A stretch of DNA of 24,000 nt from an uncultured cyanobacterium (GTDB taxonomy: Bacteria; Cyanobacteriota; Cyanobacteriia; Cyanobacteriales; PCC-9333): NCBI GenBank assembly GCA_963711165.1, contig CAVQDG010000052.1, forward strand, positions 52,927-76,926. Reading direction: 5' to 3'. Below the pieces are notes generated by a model. It worked only from the letters and a program-made list of their open reading frames with translations. It had not been told where the DNA came from and did no database searches. Made by a program: the position numbers and the translations under genes. Within the stretch, counting starts at the first letter, position 1; every line of letters begins with the position of its first letter. Below, in pieces: positions 17,878 through 24,000 of the stretch.

Positions 17878-18270
17878 ATGAAAACGGTTCTAATTGTAGA
17901 AGATGATCCGATTAATGCTCGCGTTTTTGCCAAAATTTTGATTAAGCGGGGCGGTTTGAAAGTACAGCATACTGAAGATGTTGCAGAGGTGATACAGCTT
18001 GCCCAGTCTGGTCAAGTTGATCTGATTTTGATGGATGTTTCTTTGGCTAACAGTGTTTACCAAGGTCAAGCTGTTGATGGGATTAAAATTTCCCAGATGC
18101 TCAAGTTTGACCCACAAACGGCTCATTTGCCAATTCTGTTGGTGACAGCCCACGCGATGGAGGGCGATCGCGAAAGCTTTCTCGGATCTAGTGGCGCTAA
18201 TGGTTACATTTCTAAACCAGTCATTGATCATCAAGAATTTGTCGATCAAATCAAGGCGCTACTTGGGTGA
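17878..18270 (+). CDS. Single-domain response regulator (CheY/DivK-like)
   Basis: 130 aa, TVLIVEDDPINARVFAKIL...DLILMDVSL...PILLVTAHAMEGD...ANGYISKPV. Complete receiver domain with no output domain. Confidence 0.93.
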   Translation: MKTVLIVEDDPINARVFAKILIKRGGLKVQHTEDVAEVIQLAQSGQVDLILMDVSLANSVYQGQAVDGIKISQMLKFDPQTAHLPILLVTAHAMEGDRESFLGSSGANGYISKPVIDHQEFVDQIKALLG

Positions 18271-18273
18271 GGG

Positions 18274-18529
18274 AGGAGGGAGGAGGGAGGAGAGAGGGGA
18301 TTTTTTCACCAACTTGAGAATCTTCAAATTAAATACTTGTTAGCTTGCTAACATTCTCAATTAGATTTATTTGGTGAAATTGGGAAAAAGGAAAAGGTGA
18401 GCAGTTTTTTCTTCCCTTTTACCCATCAAATCGAACAACTGATGATTTTTGCAACACACGATCATGAACTAAGTTCACTAATCTTGTCTAAAAACCTCTA
18501 TTACCCCTCTCTCCTCCCTCCTCCCTCCT
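18274..18529. repeat. Large inverted repeat made of homopurine/homopyrimidine heptamer arrays
   Basis: The arm at 18274-18299 (gaggagggaggagggaggagagagggg-type sequence) is perfectly complementary over 26 bp to 18504-18529, with a 204-bp spacer. It lies between convergent genes ending at 18270 and 18536. Confidence 0.75.
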
Positions 18530-18535
18530 TCCTCC

Positions 18536-19420
18536 TCATTGTGCCGATTCTTGTGATTGTGAGGGTTGATCTTGGCTTTGGGCTATAGTCGCTTGTATTC
18601 TCGGAACTGCCAAGAATTTTTGAGTTTCGTTGATTAAGCGATCGCCCCACAGATTTTCTTTGAGAAACTTCACATCAGCATAACGATTATCTAGCTTAAT
18701 CGCGGTTTCTCCCAATGTCAGACCTTGTTCTCTGTCGCCTTTAGCATACAATGCTACCGCCATTGCCAGTAATGGTTCTGCCGCTTTCTTATCAATAGCT
18801 ACTGCCTGTCGCCATTGCTGGATCGCACCAGTAATATCGCCTGTTTCATACTTAACTAAACCAATGTTGTTAATTCCAGGCCAAAATTTTGCTTCTTTTT
18901 TAATTGCTTTTTGATACTCGGCGATCGCTTCTGGGAAACGATTCAGTTTGTAGTAAGCGTTACCCAAATCAAATAGCGCCTCTGTCACCCCTGGCTTAAT
19001 TTTTAAACCAGCTTGCAAATCGGCAACAGATGATGTATAATCACCTTTTTGAAACTTGGCTGAACCTAAACTAAACAAAATTCCAGCTTCTTTAGGTTCT
19101 AAGCTACGAGCTTTTTGAAGAGCTTCAATTGCTTGGTCGAACTTCTGCGATTGGAGGTATAAACTACCTAGTAGGAACAAGGGTTGATACCTTTTTGGAG
19201 CCAATTGAGTTGCTAACTTTGCTCTCTGTATAGCCAGTTCATATTGCTGGAAGCGAGTTAACTGAACTGCGTCCTGTGCCAAGTTCAAGCCTTGCTGCTC
19301 TAGCTCTTTAGCGTCGAGTTGCAAACTATAAGGAAGCATTGCCTGCGCCCGCACTGGCTGTGGAATGCTCCCTAAACCAAGGATAATAAGCAGAGAGAAT
19401 AAATAAATACGTTTAGGCAC
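18536..19420 (-). CDS. TPR-repeat protein with N-terminal signal peptide
   Basis: MPKRIYLFSLLIILGLGSIPQPVRAQA signal sequence. Multiple TPR units (GSLYLQSQKFDQAIEALQKARSLEP, GSAKFQKGDYTSSVADLQAGLKIKP, GNAYYKLNRFPEAIAEYQKAIKKEA). Confidence 0.92.
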   Translation of the reverse strand: MPKRIYLFSLLIILGLGSIPQPVRAQAMLPYSLQLDAKELEQQGLNLAQDAVQLTRFQQYELAIQRAKLATQLAPKRYQPLFLLGSLYLQSQKFDQAIEALQKARSLEPKEAGILFSLGSAKFQKGDYTSSVADLQAGLKIKPGVTEALFDLGNAYYKLNRFPEAIAEYQKAIKKEAKFWPGINNIGLVKYETGDITGAIQQWRQAVAIDKKAAEPLLAMAVALYAKGDREQGLTLGETAIKLDNRYADVKFLKENLWGDRLINETQKFLAVPRIQATIAQSQDQPSQSQESAQ

Positions 19421-19698
19421 GGTGTACCCTCAAAATCATCATAAAACAGGAGTGTTCAGCTAATAAGTTAACGCAATATTAACTTCATCGTTGCAGAAAA
19501 CTTGTCCAAAAACTACCCAGATTTCAGATCCCAGAATTTTGCTGTTCAATTTAAGCTTAGTTCTTTTACTTGGCAATCTTAGTTGTGCTAAAACTTATGA
19601 TCGTCTTTTTTTAAGTAAAATTGAGCATATTTGAGCATATTTAGGAATTTTTTAGGGACAGAGTGTTAAGCTGTTGTGTTTCGGGCATTTTATCTTTT

Positions 19699-19724
19699 AG
19701 AAAGAGAGGAGGGAGGAGAGAGGG
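19699..19724. repeat. Homopurine heptamer element, third copy (gaggagggaggagagagggttatag)
   Basis: Shares ggagggaggagagaggg(g)tta(a)tag with the reverse complement of 18499-18529. Confidence 0.6.
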
Positions 19725-19873
19725 TTATAGGGTTTGATAATTTTTCTCTAAATTAAAAATGTACAAGTTTATTTGCGCGTCAGCTTATCCAAATTAAAGA
19801 TATTTTTTAGATATTTAATATAGCCAAGTATAAGATTACCGCAAACTTGAGGCAACTGTAAACCCGCAGAAAC

Positions 19874-21511
19874 CTATGATTTTGGATTCAAGGGGATAAT
19901 AACTAGAAATTTTGTTCCCATACCTACTTCACTCTCAACTGTAATTGTACCTTGGTGTAAATCTACCATGCGTTTGACAATTGATAAGCCCAAGCCTGTA
20001 CCCTGGATATTCCCAACGTTTTTAGCCCGATGGAATGACTCAAACAAGCGTTTTTGATCTTCTACAGGAATACCAATACCGGAATCTTGGATTAAAAATG
20101 TGGCATCAAAATTATTGCAACTGAGTTTAAAATTAATTTGCCCTCCTTGTGGAGAATATTTAATTGCATTCGAGAGTAGATTGGTGATGATGTGTCGCAG
20201 CAGTGTTTCATCCATCATAGCCTTGGTGCAATCCCCAGACATCATAAAAACAATTGTGTGTTTATCGCCAGCCGTAAGCTGCATCTCGGCTATTAATTCT
20301 TGGCAAAAATCTTCTAAGTTGAGGGACACTGGATTAAATTCTACCTTACCAGCATCAGCTTTGTTGATTGAAAGAACATCATCAAGTAACTGAACCATTC
20401 TGCTAATTCCAATACTAATTTGCTGATACAGCTTTTGTTTTTTGTCTGGAGATAACTTATCTGCGTAATGTTCCAACATTTCAGCAGATAATAGCACTGT
20501 GGAAAGAGGAGTGCGAAACTCATGGGAAGTCATGGAAATGAAACTTGATTTAAGTTCATTTAGTTCTTTTTCTCGTTGCAAGGTTTTATTGATTTCTTCT
20601 TCTACGCGCTTTGCTTCAGTAATATCTTCGGCAATGCCAGCTACACGGTAAACTTGCCCAAGTTCATTTATAATCGGAAAACTCCGGTCTCTAATCCAAC
20701 GAATTGAATTATCAGGTTTGATAATCCGATATATTACGTCGGTGCGATCGCCAATTTTTTGTTTTTCAAAGCAATTGATTACCTCAAGTTGATCGTCTAC
20801 ATGAATATCATCAACAAAAGATTGGGGTTTTTCATATAAACTCTGACAACTACGCCCCCAGATTTCTTCGTAAGCAGGGCTAACGTAGAGAATTTCAGAT
20901 TTGTGCGGATCTGATAACCAAAAGACTTCGTGGATATTTTCGGCTAGTTGCCGAAACCGTTGCTCAGATTCTTGTAAACTATCTTCTACTTGCCGACGCT
21001 GAATTACTTCTTGTTGTAATTGCTTATTTACCTCACTCAAAAAGGTTGTTCTTTCTTCTACAAGTTGTTCCAAGTGTTCCCGATGCAAGCGTAACTCTTC
21101 TTCAAAGTGCTGACGAGCAGTGATATCTCGGATTACTAAGACGGCGCTTGTTCCTTGTTCTTGGAGTTTAAGGCTTGCCCAAGATATCTCCAGAATTAAT
21201 AATTTAGATCCTTGGCGAAATTCGTATTTACTTGTACCGTTAAGCTTGCCTTGGAGGGCAAGATTTACTGGATGTACTGCCTTAGGGATATTTTCACGTT
21301 GTTCTGTTAAGGGCAATAGCTCACAGAGTTTGGCTCCTAGAACTTGGAAACGACTTCGATTTACTAAGGTATCAAAGGTTCTGTTAGACCATTGAATCTT
21401 GCCATCTCGATCAGTCCAGGCGATCGCTTCAACAATAGCACCAAGGGCGACCTCCATTTTTCCTAGTGTCGCCCGTAAATTATTAACTATATTTTCTAAA
21501 CCAACATTCAT
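19874..21511 (-). CDS. Soluble PAS-PAS sensor histidine kinase
   Basis: Two PAS/PAC segments (IVEAIAWTDRDGKIQWSNRTF; NIHEVFWLSDPHKSEILYVSPAYEEIWGR...YRVAGIAEDITEAKR). H-box MTSHEFRTPLSTVLLSAEML, N-box NLLSNAIKYSPQGG, G-box GTGLGLSIVKRMVDLHQG. No convincing TM segment. Confidence 0.93.
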   Translation of the reverse strand: MNVGLENIVNNLRATLGKMEVALGAIVEAIAWTDRDGKIQWSNRTFDTLVNRSRFQVLGAKLCELLPLTEQRENIPKAVHPVNLALQGKLNGTSKYEFRQGSKLLILEISWASLKLQEQGTSAVLVIRDITARQHFEEELRLHREHLEQLVEERTTFLSEVNKQLQQEVIQRRQVEDSLQESEQRFRQLAENIHEVFWLSDPHKSEILYVSPAYEEIWGRSCQSLYEKPQSFVDDIHVDDQLEVINCFEKQKIGDRTDVIYRIIKPDNSIRWIRDRSFPIINELGQVYRVAGIAEDITEAKRVEEEINKTLQREKELNELKSSFISMTSHEFRTPLSTVLLSAEMLEHYADKLSPDKKQKLYQQISIGISRMVQLLDDVLSINKADAGKVEFNPVSLNLEDFCQELIAEMQLTAGDKHTIVFMMSGDCTKAMMDETLLRHIITNLLSNAIKYSPQGGQINFKLSCNNFDATFLIQDSGIGIPVEDQKRLFESFHRAKNVGNIQGTGLGLSIVKRMVDLHQGTITVESEVGMGTKFLVIIPLNPKS

Positions 21512-21778
21512 AACTAAGCTAGGAACACTAAGATAATTTGCCTCAATTCAACTTATTTCCGTAACAGCTAAGAATTTGAAACTAATCAATTGAGCAACAT
21601 TGCAGCCAAAAGCTCCTAAGTCAGTGGGCAAGTTGAGTTAACGTAGGAATTGATGCCCTGATCGTCTTTGAGCAAAATTTATCCTACTTTTTCAGTTTTT
21701 ATTTAAGCCGTCGGGAAGACCCCCATTATATGAATGTTACCCGGAGAGAAGGACAAAAACACCTTCTAAAAGCAGTGT

Positions 21779-23368
21779 ATGGAAGTTCCCCTAGTTGGTA
21801 AAGTAAAAAGACCTTTAACCTGGGCATTCGGTGTTGTGGCAGCTATCGTAATAGTTGCTGCCATAGGCACTTATATCTTAATTAATCGGTCGTCGCCAAA
21901 AATTGACATAAATCAACTAACAGTGGCGGTTAAATCAGCAACAATTACAGTTCGGATTACAGCTAGTGGTACGGTGATACCGTTTCAGAGTGTCAACCTT
22001 AGCCCGAAAACTTCTGGTCGTTTGGCAAAGTTGTTTGTTGAGCAAGGAGACAAGGTGCAGCAGGGGCAAGAAATTGCCAGGATGGAAAATTCCGAGCTTC
22101 AGGCTCAATTGTTGCAATCTAGAGCTAATTTACAGCAAGCTGAAGCACGTTTTGCAGGGGCGCAAACGGGTCGCCCTGAAGAAATTGCCCAAGCTAGTGC
22201 GCGTTTAGCACAAGCGCAAGCTATTTTGGCACAGGCACAAAATGGTAGCCGTCCTGAAGAAGTTGCTCAAGCTAGTGCGCGTCTGTCACAAGCGCAAGCT
22301 GTTTTGGCACAAGCGGCGGCTAATCGTCCTAGACAGATTGAACAAGGGGAAGCTCAAGTGGCGGCGGCTTCATCGCGGACTAATTTGGCGCAACAACGAC
22401 TGAAACGATATCAAAATTTAAGACAGCAAGGTGCGATCGCTCAAGATAAACTTGATGAGGTAGAAGCAGAATACAGCACGGCTAAAGCTAATACCGCAGA
22501 AGCACAAAGACGTTTGGATCAAGTAATTAACTCGACGAGGCAAGAAATTCGCCAGAAGGAGGCAGCAGTCACAGAATCACAGCTTGGTTTAAGGCAACTG
22601 CAAAAAGGTACTCGCTCTGAGGAAATTGCCCAACGTGCTGCTGATGTGGCACAGGCGCGGGCAGCTTTACAGCAGGCACAAAATGGTCAGAGAAAAGAGG
22701 ATGTAGCACAACTCAGAGCGGCAGTTGATGGTGCTAGAGCGCAGTTTTTAGAGGTACAAGCTCGGTTGCAAGATACCATTATCCGCGCTCCTTTTGCTGG
22801 TACTGTGACGCAGAAGTATGCGACGGAAGGGGCGTTTGTTACACCAACAACATCAGCTTCTAGTACCGCTTCTGCTACTTCTACTTCAATTGTGGCGATC
22901 GCCAAAGACCTAGAAATTAAGGCGAAAGTCCCAGAAGTTGATATTGGACAAATCCAACTTGGACAAATGGTAGAAATTATTGCTGATGCTTATCCAGATC
23001 AGACTTTTAAAGGGCTTGTACGCTTAGTTTCACCTGAAGCTGTACTGGAGCAAAACGTTACTTCTTTTGAGGTGCGGATCGCCCTGCAAACAGGCACTCA
23101 GCAGCTTAAATCGGGGATGAATGTGAATGTCACTTTTTTGGGTAAACAGCTACCCCAAGCAATGCTTGTGCCGACTGTGGCAATTGTCACGGAAAAAGGG
23201 CAGACAGGTGTGCTGGTTCCAGATGCTAAGAATCAACCACAGTTTCGATCTGTGACAATAGGTGCATCAATTCAAGACCAAACACAAATTTTGGAGGGAA
23301 TTAAAGAAGGCGATCGCGTCTTTATTGATCCACCTGAAGGTTATAAATCTCAGAGTAAAAAAATCTAA
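21779..23368 (+). CDS. Periplasmic adaptor / membrane fusion protein (HlyD/RND-type efflux)
   Basis: N-terminal TM anchor. Lipoyl halves TASGTVIPFQSVNLSPKTSGRLAKLFVEQGDKVQQGQEIARM and IIRAPFAGTVTQKYATEGAFV flank a long alpha-helical hairpin. Beta-barrel domain VPEVDIGQIQLGQMVEIIADAYPDQTFKGLV. Confidence 0.92.
   Translation: MEVPLVGKVKRPLTWAFGVVAAIVIVAAIGTYILINRSSPKIDINQLTVAVKSATITVRITASGTVIPFQSVNLSPKTSGRLAKLFVEQGDKVQQGQEIARMENSELQAQLLQSRANLQQAEARFAGAQTGRPEEIAQASARLAQAQAILAQAQNGSRPEEVAQASARLSQAQAVLAQAAANRPRQIEQGEAQVAAASSRTNLAQQRLKRYQNLRQQGAIAQDKLDEVEAEYSTAKANTAEAQRRLDQVINSTRQEIRQKEAAVTESQLGLRQLQKGTRSEEIAQRAADVAQARAALQQAQNGQRKEDVAQLRAAVDGARAQFLEVQARLQDTIIRAPFAGTVTQKYATEGAFVTPTTSASSTASATSTSIVAIAKDLEIKAKVPEVDIGQIQLGQMVEIIADAYPDQTFKGLVRLVSPEAVLEQNVTSFEVRIALQTGTQQLKSGMNVNVTFLGKQLPQAMLVPTVAIVTEKGQTGVLVPDAKNQPQFRSVTIGASIQDQTQILEGIKEGDRVFIDPPEGYKSQSKKI
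22172..22324 (+). repeat. Intragenic tandem repeat (78-bp then 75-bp units) within the hairpin of the membrane fusion protein
   Basis: Unit 1 cgccctgaagaaattgcccaagctagtgcgcgtttagcacaagcgcaagct... at 22172. Unit 2 cgtcctgaagaagttgctcaagctagtgcgcgtctgtcacaagcgcaagct... at 22250. A further degenerate start cgtcctagacag is at 22325. Confidence 0.85.
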
Positions 23369-23596
23369 GACTCAGATCTTGCACCTAACTAGACAAAGCT
23401 CAAAACCTTGCTGTTGTACCCAGGATTGAAACTTATCAAAACGCTTTCTTTATTTACAACCAAAGCCATTGTGGATGTAGCGACACAATTTGGAGCGATA
23501 TCCTTTCCCCGTCTCAGAGGATTGGTGAATTAAGCCAACAAAGCATATATATTAATGGGCAATACTGTTTTTAGTCAAGTAGAAGAGTATAACAAA

Positions 23597-24000
23597 ATGA
23601 AGTCCAAAATTTTATTGAGCCTAATTGCTATTCCTACCCTTGCTGGCTCAATGCTAACAATGGTTTTGATGACTAATATAGCATCAGCTTCTCAAGCCAT
23701 ACGTGCTACTTCCGAGGCTCAAAAAAATGTTCCAGCCACCCAACCAGTGTCATGTGATTTACCCAAAAACTCCACAATCAAGTCCTCTTTGCTACCTGGC
23801 ACTTCTAGAGGAATTTTAATTGCATCATCAACCACTATCCCAGTTGAGTATCCTACTCCTAGCTTCAGTGAAGCAGGAAGTGATCCAGGTGAGTATCCTA
23901 CCTCTGACTTCAGTGAAGCTGAAAGTGATGCAGCAGTGGCTCTCTTTAGCTGCGATTGCCCAAGTTGCATCAGTGCGTTGCGTCAGTTACGTACTCAACC
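23597..24000 (+). CDS. Secreted hypothetical protein with signal peptide, short tandem repeat and Cys cluster; 3' end beyond window
   Basis: Manually translated open frame from ATG 23597 (in-frame alternative ATG 23555): MKSKILLSLIAIPTLAGSMLTMVLMTNIASASQAIRATSEAQKNVPATQPVSCDLPKNSTIKSSLLPGTSRGILIASSTTIPVEYPTPSFSEAGSDPGEYPTSDFSEAESDAAVALFSCDCPSCISALRQLRTQP. No stop before the window end. Confidence 0.6.
   Translation, partial: MKSKILLSLIAIPTLAGSMLTMVLMTNIASASQAIRATSEAQKNVPATQPVSCDLPKNSTIKSSLLPGTSRGILIASSTTIPVEYPTPSFSEAGSDPGEYPTSDFSEAESDAAVALFSCDCPSCISALRQLRTQ

Noticed and set aside
17890-18249. 119-aa minus-strand ORF
   Set aside because: Lies entirely within the response regulator gene on the opposite strand. 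The conserved receiver motifs support the + strand gene.
18397-18588. 63-aa + strand ORF between the heptamer arrays
   Set aside because: Most of its C-terminal part is translation of the pyrimidine repeat (YYPSLLPPPSFLLIV), and it overlaps the TPR gene end. No evidence it is coding.
21990-22208. 72-aa + strand ORF within the membrane fusion protein gene
   Set aside because: Alternate frame of a well-supported gene. An antisense ORF at 21935..22117 is rejected for the same reason.
23719-23970. Minus-strand 83-aa ORF near the right edge
   Set aside because: Opposite to the open + strand frame, which has a convincing signal peptide and internal repeats, so the + frame is more plausible.

Overview
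The window is cyanobacterial chromosome, probably from a filamentous heterocyst-forming lineage. HIP1 octamers (GCGATCGC) are very frequent, with about 25 spotted by eye against fewer than 1 expected by chance. Heptameric STRR arrays and C/G-rich palindromic intergenic repeats are also common. The coding content is mostly chromosomal: a REC-REC-GGDEF regulator truncated at the left edge, an Hpt protein, an MsbA/HlyB-like ABC exporter, an ethylene-receptor-like histidine kinase, an alpha/beta hydrolase, a MalK/UgpC-type ABC ATPase with in-frame insertions, and a Rieske (PaO/Tic55-like) oxygenase divergent from an FAD monooxygenase. These are followed by a three-gene ExbB/MotA + ExbD-like + ExbD-like cassette, a GyrA/ParC-type topoisomerase subunit, a single-domain response regulator, a TPR lipo/secreted protein, a second PAS histidine kinase, an RND/ABC membrane-fusion protein, and a secreted repeat protein cut by the right edge that the ORF track missed. 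The strongest observations are: (1) a putative ion-driven motor cassette at 12386-15002, in which the two small subunits are paralogs but only one keeps the channel aspartate (D21 versus S21); (2) a complete ethylene-binding signature (D35/Y42/I45/P46/I72/C75/H79, exactly +10 from Arabidopsis ETR1) in the kinase at 4226-6238; (3) several MITE-like nested inverted repeats; (4) a dispersed homopurine heptamer element forming a 26-bp inverted repeat between convergent genes. No CRISPR array, tRNA/rRNA, transposase or recognisable defence effector was seen.
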